This document shows, piece by piece, positions 39,618-49,265 of a stretch of 64,000 bases of DNA. Under the pieces are notes generated by a model, which saw nothing but the letters and a program-made list of their open reading frames with translations, made no database searches and had not been told where the DNA came from. The stretch is taken from IMG/VR virus record IMGVR_UViG_3300043446_004488, positions 1 through 64,000 of that record. The stretch is one strand, 5' to 3'. This stretch comes from a virus. The first letter of the stretch is position 1. Every line of letters starts with the position of its first letter. The position numbers were made by a program, and so were the translations under genes.

Positions 39618-40690
39618 TGTAAGTTTTCTGTTGCTAATTTATGAAGGTGTTGAACATATTCTCCAGTATCATGGTAAGCAGAATTATGAATTAAAAATAC
39701 TAATTTTGGAAAAGGATTTTTTCTAGAAGGATTCATAAGAATATTAGTATAATACAACATATTTTCAAAATCTTCAAGTTCCCAATATGTTTCTGCAAGT
39801 CCGCAGAAATGTTCATTTCTTTCAATGCAGTAATTAGAACACTTTTGATATGCTTTGATTGCATTATCATAATCCTTACAGAATTTATAAGCATTTCCAA
39901 CTAAGTATTGTGCATAATAAACTACTTCATCCTTTGAATTTACATAATCTACAAATTGCTGGCAATAAAATATACACCTTCTTGCATACTCTTTCTGATG
40001 CTCATGTCCCAGTGGGAAATCACTGCTATAACAATCACTATAACTTTTACCCACATAGAAAAAATGATATAAGTCTTGCAGTAAAGTTCCTTTAGAGAGG
40101 TGTTGTGCTTCTAATTCTAAAGCATCTACCAAAAATTTAGTTGGGTCTACATATGAATTTCCTTCACTTGTAATAAACTGCCTAAATTTTGTATCTAAAC
40201 TTGGACGTTCAAAATCTTCTCCACAGTCAGGAAGAATAATACACTCATGACGTTTATCGTGTTTAAATCTCCAAGGAAGTTTTGCATTCCACAATCTTGC
40301 CCTAAACCAAGAAGCATTTCCAGTTGTAGCTACAACATTCCAAGCTTTAACATTAGTGTCTTCTAATACAGACCAATCAAAATCATCATCTACTTGCAAT
40401 TGTTCATCAGCATCAATTCTAAATAACCAATCACACTGATGATTTGCTTTATAACATTCTTGAACTAAATGGTCACTATTCCATCCAGGATATTGCCATT
40501 CTACATTATAACAGTATCCTGGAATGTTTTTATCTTCAAAAAATTTTTCTACAATCTCTTGGGTATTATCAGAACCATTGCATTGAATAATCCAATAATC
40601 AATATGTTTATAACAAGAATTTAAAACCCTTTCAATAATGTGAGATTCATTCCCCACCATCATATTCAAGCATAGTTTAGTTTTTTTCAT
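39614..40690 (-). CDS. GT2-like glycosyltransferase with TPR-like C-terminus
   Basis: LCLNMMV.NESH.IER.L.S; IDADE DxD motif; helical C-terminus. Confidence 0.75.
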   Translation of the reverse strand: MKKTKLCLNMMVGNESHIIERVLNSCYKHIDYWIIQCNGSDNTQEIVEKFFEDKNIPGYCYNVEWQYPGWNSDHLVQECYKANHQCDWLFRIDADEQLQVDDDFDWSVLEDTNVKAWNVVATTGNASWFRARLWNAKLPWRFKHDKRHECIILPDCGEDFERPSLDTKFRQFITSEGNSYVDPTKFLVDALELEAQHLSKGTLLQDLYHFFYVGKSYSDCYSSDFPLGHEHQKEYARRCIFYCQQFVDYVNSKDEVVYYAQYLVGNAYKFCKDYDNAIKAYQKCSNYCIERNEHFCGLAETYWELEDFENMLYYTNILMNPSRKNPFPKLVFLIHNSAYHDTGEYVQHLHKLATENLQ

Positions 40691-41733
40691 TCTTCAATCT
40701 CTGTGTTTGGTGTTAGAATGTGATCCACAAATCCCATTCTCTTTAGTTTGTTTGCAGTTCTTGCAATAGTCTGATCAATAGTCAAATACTTATAAGTTGC
40801 AGTTCTTCCAACAAAAACTGTACTTTTTTCTGCTTGCATTAAAGGTTTATATTGTTCAAACTGTTCCAAATATTTTCCAAAGATCATTGGATAGTAAGGA
40901 TTATTCACACCCTCAACATGTTCTATAGGGTATTCTCTGGTGACTATTGTAGTCTCAACATCTTGATTGTACCAATAGGAATGATCAATTGCTCTGTTCC
41001 ACATATTATCCTTATTACACTCATTTAATTGAATGTATAGTGTTTTAGGACAATAGATGTGTTCAAAGTTTAATGATCTATAGGAAAGTGCTCCATACTC
41101 ATAATTGAAATAGTTGTCTACCTTTCCAGTAAAGACTAAAAGATCACATTTATCTTTGAGTTTTTTCCATTCATCTTTTGGGACATTCAAATGAACTGGA
41201 ATATCATCAAAGATATTTTTGAACATATCTACAAATCCATTCTTTGGAAGACCTTGATACTTTTGAGTTGTAAAAGAACCATCAGTTCCAGGCTTTCTTA
41301 CAGGAAGTCTATTCAAAATTCCCATAGGAAGTTCTTCCATTTTGACTCCCCACATTTTTTCAGAATAATCCCTGAAAACTAATTCTTTGATTTCAGTATC
41401 ATCCAATCTTCTTCCAATAATTTTATCTGAATTATCATTATATGGAATTGGGATTCTACCCATTTTTGTATTTGCCCAGACTTGAACTGAGAAGTTATTG
41501 AATGAGGCAAACTGATTCAACCATTTCCAAACACGCTCACTGTCAGTATGAATAGCATGTGGACCATGTGCATGAACTACACATCCAGTTTTTTCATCCA
41601 CATAATCATAACAATTTCCAGAAAGATATTTCCTAGTTTCAAATACTTCTACATTCCAACCATTATCTTTTAGAATTCTAGCAGAAGTTGCTCCTGCAGT
41701 TCCTGACCCAATTACATATGCTAACATTGTCAA
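40687..41733 (-). CDS. glf: UDP-galactopyranose mutase
   Basis: IGSGTAG FAD motif, GNCYD, H.HGPH..HT, YQGLP..G, PYYP, GR.ATYKY. Confidence 0.9.
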   Translation of the reverse strand: MTMLAYVIGSGTAGATSARILKDNGWNVEVFETRKYLSGNCYDYVDEKTGCVVHAHGPHAIHTDSERVWKWLNQFASFNNFSVQVWANTKMGRIPIPYNDNSDKIIGRRLDDTEIKELVFRDYSEKMWGVKMEELPMGILNRLPVRKPGTDGSFTTQKYQGLPKNGFVDMFKNIFDDIPVHLNVPKDEWKKLKDKCDLLVFTGKVDNYFNYEYGALSYRSLNFEHIYCPKTLYIQLNECNKDNMWNRAIDHSYWYNQDVETTIVTREYPIEHVEGVNNPYYPMIFGKYLEQFEQYKPLMQAEKSTVFVGRTATYKYLTIDQTIARTANKLKRMGFVDHILTPNTEIEE

Positions 41734-42296
41734 TATCTTGTATTAAAAAAGAATGTTTGAAATAATCTACCATTATACATGTTATCACCAAAATAATCTA
41801 TAGATGCATGAAATAACTTTCCTGGATATAGAATCAATCTATTATAAATGTTCCCTATTTTATCAACAACTTCCCACTTTGTATAATCATATCCATCTTC
41901 ACCATGGTCAACATTGTCAACAGACTTTCTTTCTCCAGTTCTTTTATGTCTGTATAAAGCAGTTCCACCACTCAAAGGAGCATCTGGAGTTAAATAACAC
42001 ACACCAGCCCACATATTATTGTAATCAGAGTGAATCCAAGTCCTATCCATAGCAGTACAGATTTGAAATGCTCCAGTATATCCATCACCATTTTCATCTA
42101 ATAACCAATCAGTTACTCCACCAGCAGCATGTGAAAGAAGATCATTAATCACTTCTTTATTACTTTCATTTAAAAATGACTTAGTTCTCATTCCTGGATA
42201 ATTTCCACGAACTGAAAATTCTTGTGATAAAGCAAAACTTCTCACATCATCAGGATTATTATAAAAATTATCAGCTATAATTAAATTTACATTCAT
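41730..42296 (-). CDS. Second 2OG-Fe(II) oxygenase-like protein (DUF6445-like)
   Basis: Paralogue of 39033-39617 (HSD...YLTPDAP...YNRLILY...H); start set at the ATGA overlap at 42296. Confidence 0.75.
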   Translation of the reverse strand: MNVNLIIADNFYNNPDDVRSFALSQEFSVRGNYPGMRTKSFLNESNKEVINDLLSHAAGGVTDWLLDENGDGYTGAFQICTAMDRTWIHSDYNNMWAGVCYLTPDAPLSGGTALYRHKRTGERKSVDNVDHGEDGYDYTKWEVVDKIGNIYNRLILYPGKLFHASIDYFGDNMYNGRLFQTFFFNTRY

Positions 42297-43045
42297 CCAA
42301 CTATAGCTCCTGTTTTTGAACAATATTTTATATTGGGGTCAATATATTTAAATCCCTCCCACCCTGGTTCATTTTCTGCAACTCTTTTCCCATGAAAATA
42401 CTCTCCAATATGATTCACCATGATTTCTCCTTCTGAGGTTTTTAAAAGACCTGCACCAAGATTATACTTGTTTAAAAGATAATTTGCAATTACAGATTCT
42501 GATGGATTAAATCCTGTTTCTTCAAAAATAGGTTCTCTGGCAATCCATGCAGGGTATAAAGACATTAACATCCAAAAGTATGGAGTTGCCTTTTCATATC
42601 TATAGTCCTTAAAAATTACATCATCATCTTTAGGACCAATCTTTTCTGTTTCAAAGTCATACCAATTATTTCTTTTTAATTGTATTTGAGATAATGTACT
42701 GTCTTGTTGCAAAAGTTCAATCAAATCAATAACTTTTAATGGATTCATTAATTCTACATCATCTTCATGATGAAAAATATAATCATAATCTCTTTGTTTT
42801 ACTAGGTCAAAAAGTTGTTTCCAGGTTTTAGTTATACCTAAATTTTCTTCGTGAAAAATTAATTCATTATATCCATGAGAAATAACAAACTCTGCTAAAG
42901 AATCATTATCTCTCCCCATGGGATAATCATCAATAAACAAATGATGAACATCTAATCCACTGAAATCTAATTTTTTATTTGCCTCAAATGTTTTTTGAAG
43001 AAACTCTACTCTATTAGTGGAAAAAACTACATGAAGTAATTTCAT
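42293..43045 (-). CDS. GT-A fold glycosyltransferase
   Basis: FIDD, YIFHHEDD, HIG motifs. Confidence 0.7.
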   Translation of the reverse strand: MKLLHVVFSTNRVEFLQKTFEANKKLDFSGLDVHHLFIDDYPMGRDNDSLAEFVISHGYNELIFHEENLGITKTWKQLFDLVKQRDYDYIFHHEDDVELMNPLKVIDLIELLQQDSTLSQIQLKRNNWYDFETEKIGPKDDDVIFKDYRYEKATPYFWMLMSLYPAWIAREPIFEETGFNPSESVIANYLLNKYNLGAGLLKTSEGEIMVNHIGEYFHGKRVAENEPGWEGFKYIDPNIKYCSKTGAIVG

Positions 43046-44168
43046 ATCTTTGTATAAGATCTAAAGTTTTATTAAAAGAACTGTCCATTTTAAAATAATT
43101 TACCCATATATTTCTGTTACTTAGTTGAATATTTAATAGTTCTTTTTCAGTATGACTATTATGAAAGTTTTGAATCACTTTATCAATCTCAGTAAAATTA
43201 TTAGAATTTTCTTTGGTCACATAAACTGTATTTGTCTTATATGGTATTTCATTTTCAAAAGGCAAAATACATTCTGTGTCGATTAATACAGGTATTCTAC
43301 CCATCATAAAAGTTTCTTGCAACCTAAAAGAAAAATTACCTGCTCCCCTAACACAGAGGCTATATAAATTATTTTTTAAGTTATCAATATACTCACTTTT
43401 AAATTTATTTGGTGTTGTTTTATCTTTTGATATGTAATCATAACCATTAATACCACCCCAAAATACTCTTTCTATTAAATCAAAATATGAGTAATTTTTT
43501 AATTGATTTACAACATTATATCTAAAAAGTTTAGAATCAGATTTTGGATTTTCCAAATAAAATTTTTCAGCATCTTCTACTGTATTGCATCCAAAACGAT
43601 GAAAGCATTCATTATAATCTTTTACTTGACCACAAAATCCTACTGTTAATTGCTTATCAAGAAAATCATCTTTAAAATAATCTGCATTTGCTGTGGGGCA
43701 TCCAAAAATATTTTTTGATTTTTTGTTTTTATATCCACTTGGAGTAAATAAAATTATATCAGAATCAAAAAAACTTGGAATAGAAAAACTATTATCATCA
43801 GAATTTTGAAACAGTATGATTTTTTTATTTTGAGATTTTGCTTGTAAAATATCAAAAGTAATTGTTTGTTTTTCTATGGTTTCATTGGAAGAAATTATTG
43901 ATGTGTTTATTGTTTCTTTGACTGGAAGAACATCAACTACACAATCACATTCAGATAAATCATACAATGGGATATTTATATTAAATATATCAAAAAATAT
44001 ATTTTTACTTTCTTCATTCAAATAATTAAAAAGTTTAGATTTTAATTCAAAGGGAAGTAAACAAAAATAAAAGTAGTAATGAAATCCATCAAAATAATTT
44101 TGAGGTAGTATATTATAATTTAATAAAAAATTAAACTTATCCAGATTTATAAAAAATTTCATATTCAA
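43014..44168 (-). CDS. Exostosin (GT47)-like glycosyltransferase
   Basis: VGFCG...Y.LCVRGAGNFSFRL.E...GRIPV....LPF. Confidence 0.7.
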   Translation of the reverse strand: MNMKFFINLDKFNFLLNYNILPQNYFDGFHYYFYFCLLPFELKSKLFNYLNEESKNIFFDIFNINIPLYDLSECDCVVDVLPVKETINTSIISSNETIEKQTITFDILQAKSQNKKIILFQNSDDNSFSIPSFFDSDIILFTPSGYKNKKSKNIFGCPTANADYFKDDFLDKQLTVGFCGQVKDYNECFHRFGCNTVEDAEKFYLENPKSDSKLFRYNVVNQLKNYSYFDLIERVFWGGINGYDYISKDKTTPNKFKSEYIDNLKNNLYSLCVRGAGNFSFRLQETFMMGRIPVLIDTECILPFENEIPYKTNTVYVTKENSNNFTEIDKVIQNFHNSHTEKELLNIQLSNRNIWVNYFKMDSSFNKTLDLIQRYEITSCSFFH

Positions 44169-44509
44169 TTAACTATAAAAGCTTTTTCTTTTCCTTGTGG
44201 AAGTTTTTTAACTGGTTGCATCGGTTGCCTTCCTCTTAGATTATAAGGATCAACTCCTTCTGGAATTGGATCATCCCACTTACTATCTGAATTAACAATC
44301 TCATTCGTAGGAAGTGCCTTTGGAGATTCAATATCAACTACAGGTCCCATTAATAATTTATTTGTAGTAATAATTCTATTTTTAGGATCAAAAGAAACCA
44401 TCATTAAAGCATCTTCTTTTTTAGCACAATCTACAATCTTTTTTCCAGTGTTTTTATTAATCACTGAATAATATTCCTCATTATATTTTTTCATCAAAAA
44501 AGGGGGCAT
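44165..44509 (-). CDS. Hypothetical protein
   Basis: 114-aa ORF behind TTGACA-17-TATACT (44521-44549); true start may be the internal MKKYN. Confidence 0.65.
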   Translation of the reverse strand: MPPFLMKKYNEEYYSVINKNTGKKIVDCAKKEDALMMVSFDPKNRIITTNKLLMGPVVDIESPKALPTNEIVNSDSKWDDPIPEGVDPYNLRGRQPMQPVKKLPQGKEKAFIVN

Positions 44510-44549
44510 TAATATCCCCCAGTATAACTTACTTTTATTTAATTGTCAA

Positions 44550-44717
44550 TCATGAAGATAGAATAGACCTACACATTCTCCTACAACTTTGAGTATCCTC
44601 ATCACATTCTGTCAAACATTCAAAATATTCTGCAACTATATCATTTGGACTTTCTCTAATATCACTCTCTGTTTGTTTCCAGTAGGCAAGTTGATTGTAA
44701 GAAATTAAGTTGTGCAT
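44550..44717 (-). CDS. Small four-cysteine protein (C-x3-C-x6-C-x3-C)
   Basis: MHNLISYNQL...EYFECLTECDEDTQSCRRMCRSILSS; GGAGG 5 nt upstream of the ATG at 44717. Confidence 0.7.
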   Translation of the reverse strand: MHNLISYNQLAYWKQTESDIRESPNDIVAEYFECLTECDEDTQSCRRMCRSILSS

Positions 44718-44790
44718 AATGACCTCCATGCACCGTGAATAACATAATAAAGTTTTTTTAGATAGGTGTATTCTCACTCTTAGAACTTTA

Positions 44791-44919
44791 TCATTCATTC
44801 AATTCTTTGTCATCATCTTTTAATATATCTTCATCATTTTGTTTGATAGGTCTATAAAGTCCAGGCCATGTATCTCTAATAATTTCTGCAAGTTTATGTG
44901 GAGTTTCTGAACTAATCAT
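44791..44919 (-). CDS. Small hypothetical protein (42 aa)
   Basis: Not in track: MISSETPHKLAEIIRDTWPGLYRP...; ATGA overlap with the upstream ORF. Confidence 0.6.
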   Translation of the reverse strand: MISSETPHKLAEIIRDTWPGLYRPIKQNDEDILKDDDKELNE

Positions 44920-45050
44920 GGATTATGATTTTTATTTTCTTGAATTTTTTTATATCCCCAGAAAGCAAGGGCACCTATACCTAGACCAGCAACGCAACAA
45001 ATAAACATATGAATAAGGTGAATACAAGTGTTATGATCGTGAGTGTGCAT
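44916..45050 (-). CDS. 44-aa His/Cys-rich single-TM peptide
   Basis: Not in track: MHTHDHNTCIHLIHMFICCVAGLGIGALAFWGYKKIQENKNHNP; starts 1 nt after the petE stop. Confidence 0.6.
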   Translation of the reverse strand: MHTHDHNTCIHLIHMFICCVAGLGIGALAFWGYKKIQENKNHNP

Positions 45051-45051
45051 A

Positions 45052-45375
45052 TTATGAAACGTGAATGTGTCCAATCATTCCTGCTGCTTTATGAGGATCG
45101 CACCAAAAGGTATAGTCGCCAGGAGTATCAAAAGAAATGTCAAAGGATTCTCCAGGCATAACAGCGAGTCCTTTGTGAGATAGTTCGGGATGACCGTCAA
45201 CAACAACATTGTGAGGAGGTAGCACATTGTTGATAAAATGAATGCTATCACCAGCACTGATAGAAATCTCATTTGGTTCAAATACAAGTTGTCCGTTGTT
45301 GCCCATCTGAACATCTACTGCCCAAGCAGGAAGGGTAAAGAAAAATGTAGCTAGAAGTGTGAAAATAAACTTCAT
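45052..45375 (-). CDS. petE: Plastocyanin
   Basis: Signal peptide (AWA); PHNVV; C-D-P-H...GM type-1 copper ligands. Confidence 0.93.
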   Translation of the reverse strand: MKFIFTLLATFFFTLPAWAVDVQMGNNGQLVFEPNEISISAGDSIHFINNVLPPHNVVVDGHPELSHKGLAVMPGESFDISFDTPGDYTFWCDPHKAAGMIGHIHVS

Positions 45376-45393
45376 ATAAGTTTACACAACTCC

Positions 45394-45431
45394 ATTATAT
45401 AGACAAAAAAAGAGGGAGTCAATCCCCCTCT
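45394..45431 (-). terminator. psbA terminator overlapping the petE sigma70 promoter
   Basis: GAGGG..CCCTC plus T7; TTGACT-17nt-TATAAT. Confidence 0.7.
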
Positions 45432-45450
45432 AATTTTATGTTATGATTTA

Positions 45451-46530
45451 TCAACCAATTGCAGGTGCCTTGAGAGCAACAGGAGTTGCTTCAGTGCTTG
45501 CAAGATCCAGAGGGAAGTTGTGTGCATTCCTTTCGTGAATTACCTCAAACCCGAGATTAGCACGATTCAATACATCTGCCCAGGTGTTAATCACATGACC
45601 CTGACTATCTTGAATAGATTGGTTAAAATTGAAACCATTCAAATTGAATGCCATTGTAGAAACACCCAGAGCAGTAAACCAGATGCCTACAACAGGCCAA
45701 GCAGCAAGGAAGAAGTGCAGTGAACGAGAGTTATTAAAGGAAGCATATTGGAAAATAAGGCGACCAAAATAACCATGGGCAGCAACAATGTTATATGTCT
45801 CTTCTTCTTGTCCAAACTTATAACCATAGTTTTGCGACTCATTTTCAGTAGTTTCACGAACCAGTGAAGAGGTTACAAGTGAACCATGCATAGCAGAGAA
45901 CAGAGAACCACCAAATACTCCAGCAACACCAAGCATATGGAATGGGTGCATCAAAATATTATGTTCTGCCTGAAACACAAGCATGTAGTTAAAAGTACCA
46001 CTGATACCCAGAGGCATACCATCAGAAAAAGAACCTTGACCAAAAGGATAGACCAGAAATACAGCAGTAGCAGCAGCAACAGGAGCACTGTAGGCAACCA
46101 TAATCCAAGGACGCATACCAAGACGGTAAGAGAGTTCCCATTCACGACCCATATAGCAGAAGACTCCAATAAGGAAGTGGAAAACTACAAGTTGGTAAGG
46201 ACCACCATTGTAGAGCCACTCATCAAGAGAAGCAGCTTCCCAGATAGGATAGAAGTGAAGACCAATAGCATTGGAAGAAGGAACAACAGCACCAGAGATA
46301 ATATTATTTCCATACATCAGAGAACCAGAAACAGGTTCACGAATACCATCAATGTCCACAGGAGGAGCACCAATGAATGCAATAATAAAGCAAGTTGTAG
46401 CAGCAAGTAGACAAGGAATCATAAGGACTCCGAACCAACCAACATAAAGACGATTATTGGTGGAAGTAACCCACTCGCAGAATTGATTCCAAGTATTTGT
46501 GGAACGTTGTTGTGAAATAGTAGCAGTCAT
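45451..46530 (-). CDS. psbA: Photosystem II D1 protein
   Basis: Full-length D1 ([42 protein letters not shown]); no intron. Confidence 0.99.
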   Translation of the reverse strand: MTATISQQRSTNTWNQFCEWVTSTNNRLYVGWFGVLMIPCLLAATTCFIIAFIGAPPVDIDGIREPVSGSLMYGNNIISGAVVPSSNAIGLHFYPIWEAASLDEWLYNGGPYQLVVFHFLIGVFCYMGREWELSYRLGMRPWIMVAYSAPVAAATAVFLVYPFGQGSFSDGMPLGISGTFNYMLVFQAEHNILMHPFHMLGVAGVFGGSLFSAMHGSLVTSSLVRETTENESQNYGYKFGQEEETYNIVAAHGYFGRLIFQYASFNNSRSLHFFLAAWPVVGIWFTALGVSTMAFNLNGFNFNQSIQDSQGHVINTWADVLNRANLGFEVIHERNAHNFPLDLASTEATPVALKAPAIG

Positions 46531-46554
46531 TTGTTTGTTTAAAGGGTAAGTAAT

Positions 46555-46655
46555 GTTCTGAGGGACGAACTTTACGGTATTATTTCCACACTACCCTCTA
46601 GTGTGGATATGAGAGACGTGTTTTACCCTCCCATAGGTCTCGGTTAACGGGAGCA
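46555..46655 (-). ncRNA. PhotoRC-II-like RNA motif in the psbA 5' UTR
   Basis: ACCGAGACCUAUGGGAG...CGUCUCUCAUAUCCACACUAG..UAGUGUGGA; CUCCC/GGGAG and GAGAC/GUCUC pairings; boundaries approximate. Confidence 0.65.
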
Positions 46656-46660
46656 CAATT

Positions 46661-46686
46661 GTTAAGAAGTTGTAACAGTTCTTAAC
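46661..46686. promoter_or_regulatory. Palindromic operator GTTAAGAA-N10-TTCTTAAC containing an HLR1-like direct repeat
   Basis: Minus strand reads GTTAAGAA-CT-GTTACAAC-TT-CTTAAC. Confidence 0.6.
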
Positions 46687-46695
46687 TTGTTGATG

Positions 46696-46729
46696 TATTT
46701 ATCATAACAGTGTTAGGAAATCCTGTCAA
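46696..46729 (-). promoter_or_regulatory. psbA promoter: sigma70 type plus overlapping late motif
   Basis: TTGACA-17nt-TATGAT running directly into ATAAATA. Confidence 0.75.
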
Positions 46730-46751
46730 TAGAGACAATTACCTAAGTGTC

Positions 46752-47987
46752 CTAGATGCCGAATCGTCCTCTGGTTGTGTTAAAGTTTTGTTGAACTTCT
46801 GATGCTGTGAGTGCTCTGTTGTATTTTACAAAATTATAAATTTGAACATTTCCATATTCATCTCCTACACCCAATCTTAACACACTAGAACTATCTGTGG
46901 ATGCCATAGTTCCAGCAGATCCATATAAAGAACCATTTACATAACAGTTCACATTTCCAGAACCAGAATAGGTAAAAGTAATATGTTTTATAGTGCCAAT
47001 ATCTACTGTTGTAAATGATGTTTGTACATTATTATGTTTCCAAAGAACAGTGTTATCTGGTACATAATAAAAAATTAATATTCCAGATCCAGCACCAGAT
47101 CCTTTTGTGATAATTCCTGGATATGTATTAACAGACGAAACTATTTTATAAACTAAACTAAAAGACCATGGACTATCATGAGGAAATTGAGTATCAGAAT
47201 TATTAGATAATTGGCAACGATCAGTTGTTCCACTAAACACAATACTTCCACCATTAGAATTACTAAAAGTTGGTCCATTTAAAAGAGTTCCAGTATTACT
47301 TCTACCAGTCAAATCAGTTAATGTAGTTCCTCTGGTTTTTGCGGTAGAAGTTGTTGCGTAGTAATCTGTGGTGGTGTTTCCGATTTCAAGTTGTCTTCCC
47401 CAAACATAATTTGACCCAGAAGTATTACCAAAACGATTAATCATATCAACAAAAGTATTCACATTTGTGGTACTCGTTTTAAAAGTCAATGATAATCTAT
47501 ACCAACTATTCGTCAATTTAGTCGCAGTAGAACCCACAACTACTCCATCATTAGCAGCACCAGTTACACCAGTAGTTACACTTTCATTTGAATATGTAAA
47601 TGAAGCATAATATCTTTTTCCACTAAAACCATTTTCATCTATTGTAATTTGAAAATCTGGTTTAGTTCCTTGTTTAATATGAATACTATAAGTATACGTT
47701 GTATTTGTCGTCAACCCTACAGGAGCACCACTATATACATATCCTTGACTTAGACTTCCATTATTATCTAAGGTAGATGCTTGATTTGTCCCATTTGGGT
47801 CAGTAGTTGCCGTTGTATTTAATCCAATAATACCACCACCACTACCAGCAGCATATGTTGGTGTTAGTCCAATAGAAGAAGTATCTAATACTAAGTTCTC
47901 ATACTTATCATAACTCTTTAAACTTCCAGCATCCAAACATAAGACCAAACCATCTTCTTTTAAATCTGGTCCAGCAAATACTCCCAT
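46752..47987 (-). CDS. LamG/concanavalin-like protein with inserted CBM-like domain
   Basis: GLVLCLDAG..KSY...WYRLS.T...WGRQLE.G...TDLTG..N.GTL.NGP...YNRALTASEVQQNF...RFGI. Confidence 0.75.
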   Translation of the reverse strand: MGVFAGPDLKEDGLVLCLDAGSLKSYDKYENLVLDTSSIGLTPTYAAGSGGGIIGLNTTATTDPNGTNQASTLDNNGSLSQGYVYSGAPVGLTTNTTYTYSIHIKQGTKPDFQITIDENGFSGKRYYASFTYSNESVTTGVTGAANDGVVVGSTATKLTNSWYRLSLTFKTSTTNVNTFVDMINRFGNTSGSNYVWGRQLEIGNTTTDYYATTSTAKTRGTTLTDLTGRSNTGTLLNGPTFSNSNGGSIVFSGTTDRCQLSNNSDTQFPHDSPWSFSLVYKIVSSVNTYPGIITKGSGAGSGILIFYYVPDNTVLWKHNNVQTSFTTVDIGTIKHITFTYSGSGNVNCYVNGSLYGSAGTMASTDSSSVLRLGVGDEYGNVQIYNFVKYNRALTASEVQQNFNTTRGRFGI

Positions 47988-48015
47988 ATTACTCTTTGGT
48001 TTTTAGATATTTAGA

Positions 48016-49239
48016 TTAACTTGACAAAGATTGTATTAAAGAATTTGGAATGCGTGTTGGCCAATAAGTAATTCGAGATATTGTACCACAAAGTATATTA
48101 CTTCCTCCAGTTCCTCTTGGTCCACCTATTCTCATTGCAGTTACATTTTGAGCTATAGTTTTATTTGTAAGTGAATTATAAAGAACACCATTAACAGATA
48201 AACCAACATTATTATCTTGAATTGCAGTTGCCATTTTTATCTCATTAGAATAACTCAAACTATTACTATCAATTGCTCTTGCAGTATAATCGCCCGCGAG
48301 GGGAACTTCAATTCTTGCTTTTCCACCATTAAGATAATTTGGCATAATTGATACTCCATTTGCTGTTCCACTTCCTTCAACGTATGTTTCTAAAGCATTT
48401 CCCGATTGACTACCACTACTAGGAAGAAGTTTTGATTTTACAAGAAAAGTTCCTTGACTTTGATTATACCAACTCGAAAAGTTAGTTCCAGTAATATTTG
48501 GAACTTCAGCACTTCTTGTGACTTGAGAGGTTGTAGTGGGTATATAAGAGGTTGGGAAATCACCTTGTTCCACTTGTGCTCCCCATAGATATATTTGAGA
48601 TGACGCTCCGCTAGTATTTGTTCCTATTTCAAATCTCAATCCAGCAGTTCCACCAGCAGTTGTTCCAGTTGCTGATATTCTTTGCCAAGAATTAGTTAAA
48701 GTAATACTTCCAGAGCTTCCCCTAACTGTATCGGATTGCCAATCTTTAACTACAACAGAACAAGATGTTGCACTACTTCCAGTTTTTAATCTTGCGTACA
48801 CTGAACAAGTATATGTTGTATTTCCAGGACCTGGATTATAATCAAGAAAAAATCTTGCTCCAGATAATTGATCAAAAGTATTATACCCACCAACTGTACC
48901 ACCATTGGGATATAAAATTGAACTATCAGAAGTCCAATTTGAATATGCCATAGTAAAGAGATTATTTGAATTATTTGTATGATAATTAATCCTCTGCTCC
49001 TCCACCAACAACCCAAGACTTTCACCCGTCAATGGGTCGTGGTCAAATCTTGCTTCATTTGCAGAAGCAGTCTTAATCAGACCATCAGAACCAACATAAG
49101 TTCCAACACTATTTCTACTGAAAGTAATCAGATTATTACCAGAAATTCTATCTACTAAAGATTTCTTATTTGCAAAATCTAAAACTAAAGAAGGTTTTCC
49201 ATAAGTGATAAAATCTGCTTTACCGTAATATACTCCCAT
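48016..49239 (-). CDS. CBM/LamG-like virion-associated protein
   Basis: ITFSR.S.GTY...RFDHDP.TGESLGLLVEE.R.N; WGAQVE.G.FPTSYIPT. Confidence 0.7.
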   Translation of the reverse strand: MGVYYGKADFITYGKPSLVLDFANKKSLVDRISGNNLITFSRNSVGTYVGSDGLIKTASANEARFDHDPLTGESLGLLVEEQRINYHTNNSNNLFTMAYSNWTSDSSILYPNGGTVGGYNTFDQLSGARFFLDYNPGPGNTTYTCSVYARLKTGSSATSCSVVVKDWQSDTVRGSSGSITLTNSWQRISATGTTAGGTAGLRFEIGTNTSGASSQIYLWGAQVEQGDFPTSYIPTTTSQVTRSAEVPNITGTNFSSWYNQSQGTFLVKSKLLPSSGSQSGNALETYVEGSGTANGVSIMPNYLNGGKARIEVPLAGDYTARAIDSNSLSYSNEIKMATAIQDNNVGLSVNGVLYNSLTNKTIAQNVTAMRIGGPRGTGGSNILCGTISRITYWPTRIPNSLIQSLSS

Positions 49240-49265
49240 TCTCTCTCAATATCTCTTTGTCTTAT

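Noticed and set aside
44718-44798. N-terminal extension of ORF 44550..44798
   Set aside because: A strong GGAGG precedes the ATG at 44717; the extension overlaps another ORF's stop and a hairpin leader
45451-46530. Intron or homing endonuclease in psbA, and antisense ORFs 45520-46410
   Set aside because: The D1 frame is continuous; the antisense ORFs reflect codon bias
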